Position numbers and translations under genes: made by a program
Part shown: positions 56,066 through 64,000 of the stretch, one piece after another
How positions within the stretch are numbered: the stretch's first letter is position 1
How the letters are laid out: each line of letters starts with the position of its first letter
Assembly (NCBI GenBank): GCA_024654575.1
Contig: JANLHG010000005.1
Location: forward strand, 1,260 to 65,259
Direction: 5' to 3'
Length of the DNA stretch: 64,000 bases
Origin: Patescibacteria group bacterium
GTDB taxonomy: Bacteria; Patescibacteriota; Minisyncoccia; Phycocordibacterales; PALSA-1337
Notes under the pieces: model-generated
The model's input: only the letters and a program-made list of their open reading frames with translations
What the model was told of the DNA's origin: nothing
The model's database searches: none

Positions 56066-56100
56066 CCACTAACTATACACGACCGCATGTAGTTAGTGTA
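56065..56100. repeat. 36-bp palindromic direct repeat B (overlaps the start and -10 of the same gene)
   Basis: TCCACTAACT-ATACACGACCGCATGT-AGTTAGTGTA; 29/36 identical to A. Confidence 0.85.
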
Positions 56101-56151
56101 TGTGGATAAGATTAAAAAAAGTGAAAACAAATATATAAAAAATAAAAAGAT

Positions 56152-56182
56152 AAAAGGTTCGCGTGTGATACGCGAACCTTTT
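56152..56182 (-). terminator. intrinsic terminator
   Basis: AAAAGGTTCGCGT-GTGAT-ACGCGAACCTTTT. Confidence 0.8.
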
Positions 56183-56199
56183 TGATTCAAAAAGAACGA

Positions 56200-56838
56200 C
56201 TAGATTACTTCCGATTTTTCTGCGCGGATTATTTTGTCCGCTTCTTCAAACATTGGTCCGAAGGGAGCAATAGGAAGGTCAAAGTTCTCGCGTAAAATTT
56301 TTGAGATAACTCTTAAATTAACACGCAAGGAGTCAGCCAGATCCTCCATATCTTCAATTTCCCGTCGTCTAATTACTAGAACATTTGCTTGAAGAAGATT
56401 ACTAATCTTAACCGTCATACTCTCACGCCCTGGTGGTAATTCAGCAATTCCACGATTAATACCACACTGTTGCAGTAAGTAATCCAGCCGATTCACTACA
56501 TTGGTGAATTGAATCAATAAGCCAATATTAATTAGACTGGCTATTAAACCAAAAAGGAGAGATATTGAAATGATTATGATACCAACAGAAATGATCCACA
56601 TGAAACCGTTTTCGCTGATGAGACCATAAAAAAACAAATATATCGAAAGTGTCACGACAGCAGAAAAACCAACTGAGATAAAAAGAGATATTTCCGCTAT
56701 GTGCATCGCCTTAATGTTCTCATTTAGATCATCCTTTTGTCCTTTCCATCTCCATGAGGAAAAAAAAACTGGAAGGACTGGTAATACATCTGCCACCAGA
56801 AGTTTATCCACTCGAATACCACGTATGTTAATGTTCAT
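56200..56838 (-). CDS. hypothetical membrane protein
   Basis: 212 aa with 2 TM segments, SD GAGGAAGG and its own terminator. Confidence 0.75.
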   Translation of the reverse strand: MNINIRGIRVDKLLVADVLPVLPVFFSSWRWKGQKDDLNENIKAMHIAEISLFISVGFSAVVTLSIYLFFYGLISENGFMWIISVGIIIISISLLFGLIASLINIGLLIQFTNVVNRLDYLLQQCGINRGIAELPPGRESMTVKISNLLQANVLVIRRREIEDMEDLADSLRVNLRVISKILRENFDLPIAPFGPMFEEADKIIRAEKSEVI

Positions 56839-56993
56839 TTTTACCTTCCTCTGTTCAGTTACTTTCAGAGAATAATGGGGGTCGGTCCCATCGCAAAGCC
56901 GCTTCCTGGCAACTCCCGCCTTCCTTGACGAGGCGATACTTCATTATTTTAAAAAACTTTCCTGAACAATCCACTATTTAGTATAAATAACAA

Positions 56994-59888
56994 TTAAATA
57001 TTTGTCAATGATTTCAACTGACACCATTCACATTTTTTGTTGTTGCAGAAAGTGGTGATAATAGAACCAGAATTAACAGCATCAAAAAGAGATTTGATTT
57101 CTGTTTTGAGTTTTTCAATATCTGAATTTTCTACAGAAAGGGTTATGATCGGACATCTACCTTTTGAATCTGGAATTACAAAAACCAATGAAGGTATGAT
57201 TTTCTTATCTAGAAATCTTGAATCATTTTCAAGTAAAAGCCGATAAAATACCAACTGTCGAAAATAATCACCATTACTATTTTTTGTTTCTCCTTTTATT
57301 TCATTTTCAGACATCACCTGTTTCGTCTTATAATCAAAAACAAACACTTCTTTTCCATCGTCTACAACTGCATCAAGTTTACCGTGAAGAACAGCCTCTT
57401 CAAATATAGTTTCGCTCCATATTTCTGAAAAAATTGTTCCTTTTTGAGCAAAATGAGATTGTAATTCCTTTGCAATTATTGGAATATCTTCAAACAATTC
57501 TTTTTTGACCGTTTCTTTTTCAGATAATGAAAGTAAAGATTCTATAAAATAATTACTAACAGTCGTCTTCATAATCTTCTCAAGATCTTCAATATCTCTT
57601 TTTTTAGAATTCCATATCAACGATATTGCTTTATGCATAGAATTCCCTTTTTCAGCTAAAGGAGATGGAGCTTGAGGAATTTTTAAAATACTTTGATAAA
57701 GAAATTTACTCGGACAATCTAAAAAATGATTGAGAGCCGTAACAGAAAGTCCAGATTCTTGAAGAATTGATTTTGCATAATCTATAGTTTTTTTAGCAGA
57801 ATTATTTAATTGTCTATTTTTTATCAAAATATCTTTTTTTTCCATAATGCGAGGTAGATTAATTTTAGAAATATGTTTTGGGTCTAACTCGTCAATAAAC
57901 CTTAACGGAATAAGGGATTCTCCATGATCACTGGCTCCAAAAAGAATAACAACATGCGAACGAGCCCTCGTTAAAGCAACATAAAAAAGTCGCCGAACAT
58001 CTCTCACATCATTCATAACTCTTGTTTCTGGAAGCACAAAATAACTTCCCCAATTTTTACCAATCCATGATTCTTCGGTGACATAAGGAATAAAAACATA
58101 ATCAAATTCTAATCCCTTACTAGCATGAGCTGTCATAACTCTAATCGGTAAATCTGGAGTTCCAACACTAATTTTGACACTTTTATTTTCAGCAGAAACT
58201 TTATAAGCAATAAGATAGTCCATAAGTTTTTTAGGGTCTTGTATGTTTCCTTGATGAATTATATTTTCAGACAAAGTCGTAATCCCTCGCCATACTTCCA
58301 CATAAGATGGTTCTTTAGCGATAATCTTATTCAGACCTGTTAACTCTGCTAAATTTATAATAAACTCTAGCGGATTATCATCAGTAATTTCTTTTTTAAT
58401 AGTTTTAAGAATTGGAATTTTGTTATCAAGTTTAATATCTTCGGTAGATTTTAGTAACTTTATAATTGATACTGAATCATCAAAGGACAAGCCCCACAAA
58501 CCCGAGACTAAAGTTTTAGCTAACAAATCAGTTTTTGTTGGGTCACAAATAAATTCAATTAAATCAAAAAATAAAATCCCAACAGGATGATTAAAAATAT
58601 CTATACTTCTTTCAGACGACACTGAAATATTATTCGCTTCACATAAATGTAAAATCCTTTCAAGGTCACGATTGGTTTTTGTAATAACTGCCGTGTTGAT
58701 ATTTTTTTTAAATGTTAATTTCTTAAGTTCATCAACTAGATATTTTTCAATTGTTTCCGTATCTTCCGCTGAGACAACATCAACAGGTTTTAAAAATTCA
58801 TCACTTTTAGCAGAAAGTTTTACTCTCAAATTTTGATGTTCTCCATCAATATAATTATTTTCAATCATTGAAAAACTAGCATCTAATATACTCTGATGAG
58901 AACGATAATTTTCTTCAAGACGAATAATTTTCATTTCTTTCCACGTATTTTCAAATTTCAAAAAATTATCCACTGAAGCTCCTTGAAAACGATAAATTGC
59001 CTGTTTCTCATCACCTACTATAAATACATTTGGTACATCAAAAAAATCAGCCAGAAGTTTTATTAATTCATTTTGAGAATTATTAGTATCTTGATGTTCG
59101 TCAATTAACATATACAAAAACTTTTCCTGCAACATTCGCAAAAGAAGTTCATCATGTTTTAAGGCAATAACAAGCTCATATATAAGGTCATCAAAATCCA
59201 TAACTTTATCTACTCTTTTTTTATTTTCATAAGCTTTATAAATATCGGCAAAAATAAATGTCCGCTCACATTTCTCTATTTTTTTCTTTGATTCTGCCTT
59301 TAGTTCACCTTTACTTTTACCTCTAGTAGAATAAGAATCTTCACCGGCTTTTATTTTTTCTATTTCATCTTCCGCATGTTTACGAACCATATCCGGTGTA
59401 TAAGATTCTCGTTTTGAATCACTTATAGCACCAATTATTTTTTGAATATAAAAATCTGGATTACCAAATGGCCGTAAATCACTCATTTTATCACTTTTCA
59501 ATAAAGTTCTAATTATATTTTCCGCCTCAATATCTGTTAATTGTTTAAAACGATCTAAATGGGTAAAATGATCACGAAATTCATTAATGACAGAAGATGC
59601 AAACCCATGAAAAGTGTGGATTCTTACTTCGTTAGCTCTGGTTCCAATAATATCCCGAAGTTTCATTCTCATCGCTTTTACTCCCGCTTCAGTAAATGTC
59701 AGTGCTAAAATACCTGACGCTGGTGTATCAGTTTTTTGTAAAATGTTAGCAATACGCAGAGTGAGAATAGTTGTTTTGCCAGTACCAGGTCCAGCAATAA
59801 CCATCACTGGCCCTTCAATTGAATCGACAGCTTCTTTTTGTTTTTTATTAAGTCGCTTATATTGTTCTTCAAAGTTTTCAGAAGTCAT
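56994..59888 (-). CDS. UvrD/REP helicase fused to a C-terminal PD-(D/E)XK nuclease
   Basis: AGPGTGKT, LTFT, DEHQD, GDEKQAIY, NYRS, TAHASKGLEF, YVALTRA; GKLD...DYKT; Cys for a possible Fe-S cluster (DCP...CEWC). Confidence 0.92.
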   Translation of the reverse strand: MTSENFEEQYKRLNKKQKEAVDSIEGPVMVIAGPGTGKTTILTLRIANILQKTDTPASGILALTFTEAGVKAMRMKLRDIIGTRANEVRIHTFHGFASSVINEFRDHFTHLDRFKQLTDIEAENIIRTLLKSDKMSDLRPFGNPDFYIQKIIGAISDSKRESYTPDMVRKHAEDEIEKIKAGEDSYSTRGKSKGELKAESKKKIEKCERTFIFADIYKAYENKKRVDKVMDFDDLIYELVIALKHDELLLRMLQEKFLYMLIDEHQDTNNSQNELIKLLADFFDVPNVFIVGDEKQAIYRFQGASVDNFLKFENTWKEMKIIRLEENYRSHQSILDASFSMIENNYIDGEHQNLRVKLSAKSDEFLKPVDVVSAEDTETIEKYLVDELKKLTFKKNINTAVITKTNRDLERILHLCEANNISVSSERSIDIFNHPVGILFFDLIEFICDPTKTDLLAKTLVSGLWGLSFDDSVSIIKLLKSTEDIKLDNKIPILKTIKKEITDDNPLEFIINLAELTGLNKIIAKEPSYVEVWRGITTLSENIIHQGNIQDPKKLMDYLIAYKVSAENKSVKISVGTPDLPIRVMTAHASKGLEFDYVFIPYVTEESWIGKNWGSYFVLPETRVMNDVRDVRRLFYVALTRARSHVVILFGASDHGESLIPLRFIDELDPKHISKINLPRIMEKKDILIKNRQLNNSAKKTIDYAKSILQESGLSVTALNHFLDCPSKFLYQSILKIPQAPSPLAEKGNSMHKAISLIWNSKKRDIEDLEKIMKTTVSNYFIESLLSLSEKETVKKELFEDIPIIAKELQSHFAQKGTIFSEIWSETIFEEAVLHGKLDAVVDDGKEVFVFDYKTKQVMSENEIKGETKNSNGDYFRQLVFYRLLLENDSRFLDKKIIPSLVFVIPDSKGRCPIITLSVENSDIEKLKTEIKSLFDAVNSGSIITTFCNNKKCEWCQLKSLTNI

Positions 59889-59901
59889 AAAGATGATTAT
59901 A

Positions 59902-61575
59902 TCATTTTAAATACTCTGGTGTGTTTTCTACCATCCAATCAAACATTTGACGAGCCACTGATGTAGCACCTACATCATTATAGGCTGGGCCACGTTCCAT
60001 CATAATGACAAAAGCATAATGAGGATTTTCATAAGGGAAAAAACCAACAGCCCAAGAGTTAACATAAGCATTTGAAAGACCAACCTGAGCAGTTCCTGTC
60101 TTTGTAGCAATATCAACAGCTTGTATATTAAGACCTTGTCCCGTTCCAATTGTAACAGCCATTCTCATTCCCTCATGAACAATATCAAAATATTCTTTTG
60201 GAATTTTGACATCACGAATATCTCCAGAAAGTTGATTCTCTCCAAGTAAAAGTTTAGGAGTTAATAGTTTTCCATAATTAGCGATTGCTGAGATAGCTCT
60301 CACAGCTTGAATGGGAGTAAGTTGATAACCATATTGTCCGATAACTGTATTATAAGTATCTCCCACACGCCACGGATCACCCGAAAAATTAAAAGCTTTC
60401 CATTCAGGAGTTGGAATAGGACGATTTATTTCTCCTTGTAAATTTATGTTGGTTTTCTCTCCAAATCCAAAAAGCTCTGAATATTTATCAATGTTTGAAA
60501 TACCAATCCCTTTTTGGTCTTCAAAACCTCCTCCAACAGTGTAAAAATAAACGTCAGATGAAAAAGCAATTGCCTCTCTTAAGTCAACCCACCCAAGTGC
60601 TTTCCAATCTTTAAAAATAGAAAATTTTGTTGAGTCATATGGATTAGGCAAAGAAATAGAACCAGTACTTAAAATCTTTTTATTAGGGTCTATAATTTTT
60701 TCATTTAAAACACCGATAGCCATCACTGGTTTTATAATAGACCCCGGTGTATATGCACCATGAATAATCCTATTTAAAAAAGGTTTGTTTTTATTATTTA
60801 TATATTCTTTTATTTTTTCAGAATCATCTCCTTCTGCTAATACCTGTGAACTATATTCTGGATAGCTCACCATCGCTAATAATTCTCCTGTATTAACATC
60901 CATAATGGTTGATGCTCCACCAACGAATCCATATGTTTCAGAAAAATTCTTCATTATTTCATATATTTTGCTGTTTAATTTTGAATCAACTGCAAGTATA
61001 GTATTTTCGCCATCCTTGGGAGGAGTCATAATATTTTGAGATTGAATTTTACCAAGTGCATTTATTTCTACAATTCTGACACCATTTTCTCCTTTCAGTT
61101 TTTCATCATAAGCTTTTTCAACACCATCTATACCTTCAAAATCTTCTCTATAGTAAAAACCGTAATTATCTTTTGAAGGATACTTTGCATAACCAACAAG
61201 ATGAGCCACGCCAGAATTTTCTATATAACGTCTTGAAGAAAAACTTTTATCTTCCCCTCGTTCGTTCCAAGCAAGTTCTACTTTATTTCGATCATAAATA
61301 ATCCCCCTTTCTGAAAAAACAACTGTATTTCTTAATCTATTATTTTCTCCACGTTGAGCATAAATTTCTCCTTTATTAATCTGAAGTGCCCAAATTTTTG
61401 ATGTATAAATAATGCTGACAATCAAAAAGAAAACTCCTAAAAAAATAATACTTCTTCTAGATATTGCCTTTTCTAATCTACCTTCAAACTGATTCGTATC
61501 AAAATCTGGTAAATTATGTGAATCAATGAAAATTTCATCTGGTTCTATTGGTTTGTTTTTAATATGTCTTATCAT
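59902..61575 (-). CDS. mrdA: penicillin-binding protein 2 (class B)
   Basis: RGIIYDRN, PGSIIK (SxxK), SSD, KTGTAQ; downstream of mreBC. Confidence 0.9.
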   Translation of the reverse strand: MIRHIKNKPIEPDEIFIDSHNLPDFDTNQFEGRLEKAISRRSIIFLGVFFLIVSIIYTSKIWALQINKGEIYAQRGENNRLRNTVVFSERGIIYDRNKVELAWNERGEDKSFSSRRYIENSGVAHLVGYAKYPSKDNYGFYYREDFEGIDGVEKAYDEKLKGENGVRIVEINALGKIQSQNIMTPPKDGENTILAVDSKLNSKIYEIMKNFSETYGFVGGASTIMDVNTGELLAMVSYPEYSSQVLAEGDDSEKIKEYINNKNKPFLNRIIHGAYTPGSIIKPVMAIGVLNEKIIDPNKKILSTGSISLPNPYDSTKFSIFKDWKALGWVDLREAIAFSSDVYFYTVGGGFEDQKGIGISNIDKYSELFGFGEKTNINLQGEINRPIPTPEWKAFNFSGDPWRVGDTYNTVIGQYGYQLTPIQAVRAISAIANYGKLLTPKLLLGENQLSGDIRDVKIPKEYFDIVHEGMRMAVTIGTGQGLNIQAVDIATKTGTAQVGLSNAYVNSWAVGFFPYENPHYAFVIMMERGPAYNDVGATSVARQMFDWMVENTPEYLK

Positions 61576-61842
61576 TTATTTTTTAAAAAATACCAAACTC
61601 TTCTTAAGATAAATTGAAACCACAAAAAGTAACAATGCTATAAAAGTATTACGAAGTTCTACGGTGTACAAAGAATCAATAGCTAAACCTATTAAAATAA
61701 TTTCATAAAAATTATCAAAATAAAATAAGGCAATCAATGATAATGACACATAAAACCACCAAGGAAACAAAAATACTGACAACAAAATAAAAACAACTAC
61801 AATCCAGCGAATATTTTTTATGGTTTTATAATTTCCACCCAT
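61576..61842 (-). CDS. small membrane protein at the mreD position
   Basis: Hydrophobic 88-aa ORF between mreC and mrdA; start uncertain. Confidence 0.6.
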   Translation of the reverse strand: MGGNYKTIKNIRWIVVVFILLSVFLFPWWFYVSLSLIALFYFDNFYEIILIGLAIDSLYTVELRNTFIALLLFVVSIYLKKSLVFFKK

Positions 61843-62624
61843 TTTATTGAAGATATGTTATATGGACTTCTAAAAAGAACTCTGTTAAAAGCTTTAGTCG
61901 GGTCTGTTATGGTATCTTCTACGATACCAAAAATCTGTTGATTTATACTTGGTAAAAAAACAAATTCTCCCGGTAAAATCTTAATAGACCTTGGAATGAT
62001 AACTTCAAAATTACCACCACCTCGACCAATGGCAACCGCTTGGATGGTACTAGTCCCTATCAAAACATCTGTTTTTTGTTCACTTGTAGAATATAATTTA
62101 ACCTTAGATGTTTTACCTAACACTTCTTCAACCTCGCCAATAATATCACTTCCGCCAACAACCACCTTATCTCCGTTTTCTACATCTTCATTGACCCCAG
62201 CATCTACAATAATATTATCATAAAATGTTACGGGAGGTCTTTGAAGCACTGAAGCGATAATCATTTTTTTATTTTCATTAATTCTACCTAATATTTTTTT
62301 AAATTCTTCATTTTCGTATTCCAAAACACTTAATTTTAAATTTTCATTTTTAAGAAATTCATTCTCCATTTTCAAACTATTATTTTCTTGAAGAAGTAAA
62401 CGTTTAGACATAAAATACCCAGTTGTTCCATAACCTTCATGAACTAAAACATTTTCAGTTTTCCACAATAGCCTACCTACTGTGTTAAATAGAATAGAAA
62501 ATAATTTTGGAAAAATTATGTGAATTAAAAAAATAATTACGAAAATAATTATCGCAATGACAATAATGCGAAATGTTTTTTTATTTTCTCTATTATTACT
62601 TTTTAGGAGGTAATTCGTCTTCAT
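61818..62624 (-). CDS. mreC: rod shape-determining protein MreC
   Basis: TM, coiled coil (LLQENNSLK...ENEEFK), beta domain; follows mreB. Confidence 0.88.
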   Translation of the reverse strand: MKTNYLLKSNNRENKKTFRIIVIAIIIFVIIFLIHIIFPKLFSILFNTVGRLLWKTENVLVHEGYGTTGYFMSKRLLLQENNSLKMENEFLKNENLKLSVLEYENEEFKKILGRINENKKMIIASVLQRPPVTFYDNIIVDAGVNEDVENGDKVVVGGSDIIGEVEEVLGKTSKVKLYSTSEQKTDVLIGTSTIQAVAIGRGGGNFEVIIPRSIKILPGEFVFLPSINQQIFGIVEDTITDPTKAFNRVLFRSPYNISSIKWVEIIKP

Positions 62625-63660
62625 TAGCTATAAGCATATCACCATATTTGTTCATATCCTCAAGTATAATTCCTGTTCCTCTAGCTATTGCTGTAAGAGG
62701 GTCTTCAACGATATACACTGGAATTTTTAAAAAATCTTTTATCAGTTCATCAATACCTTTTATGAGAGCCCCTCCACCAACAAGATAAATACCTCTCCGC
62801 ATCACATCTCCCAAAATTTCTGGTGGAGTTGTTTCCAAAACTTCCTTCACTGATTCAACAAGCATATCAATCGACTGAGACATTGCTTCTCGGACATCAG
62901 AATCAGTAATAACGACTTCGCGAGGTAATCCAGTAATGAGATCCCTTCCCCTAACTTCAATTTCACTAGATTCTTCTCCGGGAAGCACAGAGCCGATTTT
63001 GATTTTTATATTTTCAGCAGTTTTTTCTCCTATTAAAATCTTAAATTCATTTCTTATGTAAGAAATAACGTCTTGATTCAATTTATCGCCAGCAATTCTT
63101 AAATTTTTAGAACTAACAATTCCTCCCAAAGAAATTACAGCAATATCGGTCGTGCCTCCACCGATATCTATAATCATATTGCCAACTGGTTCGTCCACAG
63201 GTAATCTTATCCCAATTGCACCTGCCATCGGTTCTTCCACAATATAAACTTCTCTGGCTCCGGCGTTTTTCGTAGCATCACGCACAGCACGAATTTCCAC
63301 ATTAGTCACTCCAGAAGGCACACCTACCACAACCTTTGGTCCAAGTATTTTTTTTGAATATGTTTCAGCTTTTTTAACCAAATAAGAAATCAATTCCTCC
63401 GTCACTTCAAAATCAGAAATTACTCCATCAACTAGAGGACGCACAGCGACAATATGTGGAGGAGTACGTCCCAACATTTCCTTAGCTTGAGTTCCGACGG
63501 CCACAACACGACCAGTTTTTTGATTCACAGCTACAACAGATGGTTCATTTATAACCACACCATGTCCACGCAAATACACCAAAGTATTGGCTGTCCCTAA
63601 ATCTATACCTATTTCATTGGACACCAACGAAAAGAATTTTTTTTTCAGATTTTTAAACAT
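62596..63660 (-). CDS. mreB: rod shape-determining protein MreB
   Basis: GIDLGTANT, EPSVVA, DIGGGTTD, GGGAL; part of the mreBC-mrdA operon. Confidence 0.95.
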   Translation of the reverse strand: MFKNLKKKFFSLVSNEIGIDLGTANTLVYLRGHGVVINEPSVVAVNQKTGRVVAVGTQAKEMLGRTPPHIVAVRPLVDGVISDFEVTEELISYLVKKAETYSKKILGPKVVVGVPSGVTNVEIRAVRDATKNAGAREVYIVEEPMAGAIGIRLPVDEPVGNMIIDIGGGTTDIAVISLGGIVSSKNLRIAGDKLNQDVISYIRNEFKILIGEKTAENIKIKIGSVLPGEESSEIEVRGRDLITGLPREVVITDSDVREAMSQSIDMLVESVKEVLETTPPEILGDVMRRGIYLVGGGALIKGIDELIKDFLKIPVYIVEDPLTAIARGTGIILEDMNKYGDMLIANEDELPPKK

Positions 63661-64000
63661 TTTAGCATTTCCTTTTCATCCATTTTTTTTACCTCTCCTG
63701 TTTTACGATTTTTCATTTCAATCATTTTTTCCGACATTAATTTTTCACTTACTACTATTCTCCAAGGTATTCCAATAAGATCTGAATCAGCAAATTTTTC
63801 GCCAGGCCTAACATCTCTATCATCATATAAAACTTCAATATTATGCTCTAAAAGTTTAGAGTAAAGTTGATCAACATATTTTTTGACAATTTCTTTATCA
63901 TTACCTATAGACACTAGATGTACTCTGTAAGGCGCCACTTCTTCAGGCCAAACTATTCCCGCCTCATCAGCAAAAACTTCCACAATAGTCCCCATAACTC
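63645..64000 (-). CDS. proS: proline--tRNA ligase, C-terminal part (truncated by the window)
   Basis: DEAGIVWPEEVAP, LYDDR, GEKFADSDLIGIP. Confidence 0.85.
   Translation of the reverse strand, partial: VMGTIVEVFADEAGIVWPEEVAPYRVHLVSIGNDKEIVKKYVDQLYSKLLEHNIEVLYDDRDVRPGEKFADSDLIGIPWRIVVSEKLMSEKMIEMKNRKTGEVKKMDEKEMLKCLKI

Noticed and set aside
51156-56109. DnaA-box matches (TGTGTATAA near 51156, TGTGGATAA at 56101) as oriC
   Set aside because: Isolated single boxes, no cluster, and no dnaA or dnaN nearby.
3025-63778. Many short ORF-track entries overlapping identified genes (for example 4330-4596, 6369-6710, 12777-13262, 30167-30706)
   Set aside because: Antisense or off-frame shadows of well-supported genes, with no independent signals.

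Overview
AT-rich bacterial chromosome segment, standard genetic code (TGA is used as stop). It is most consistent with a Patescibacteria/CPR (Parcubacteria-like) genome; this is inferred from gene content and compact leaderless genes, not from a database search. The backbone is housekeeping genes: tsaD, rpmA, gltX, rplI, cysS, dnaB, recR, rplU, two mreB paralogues, murA, priA, def, fmt, hpf, murG, ftsW, a type IV pilus cluster, rpoD, dnaG, truB, a short hisS, a UvrD-nuclease fusion, mrdA-mreC and the 3' end of proS. The most striking locus is at 18.1-25.5 kb. An intact tRNA-Asn(GTT) sits nested between the 5' and 3' pieces of a second tRNA-Asn. The 3' piece is followed by five cargo segments, each closed by a ~26-bp repeat (consensus CTCTAACTTCGTCCAACATGCGGAGC). 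The repeat resembles the tRNA 3' end and, on the minus strand, encodes the C-terminal peptide (LRM-L/V-D/E/N-E-x-R) of a putative site-specific recombinase whose remnant lies in the array. This looks like a tRNA-anchored, integron-like cassette array. Other highlights: a PaaX/Cas2-like gene bounded by two 36-bp palindromic direct repeats; two GC-rich palindromes in dnaG that both encode PPAQAG; a candidate sRNA between mreB and rplU; GC-rich pyrC/pyrD plus pyrE; a copper/redox cluster; and a class F sortase next to its probable substrate. No CRISPR array or rRNA gene was seen.
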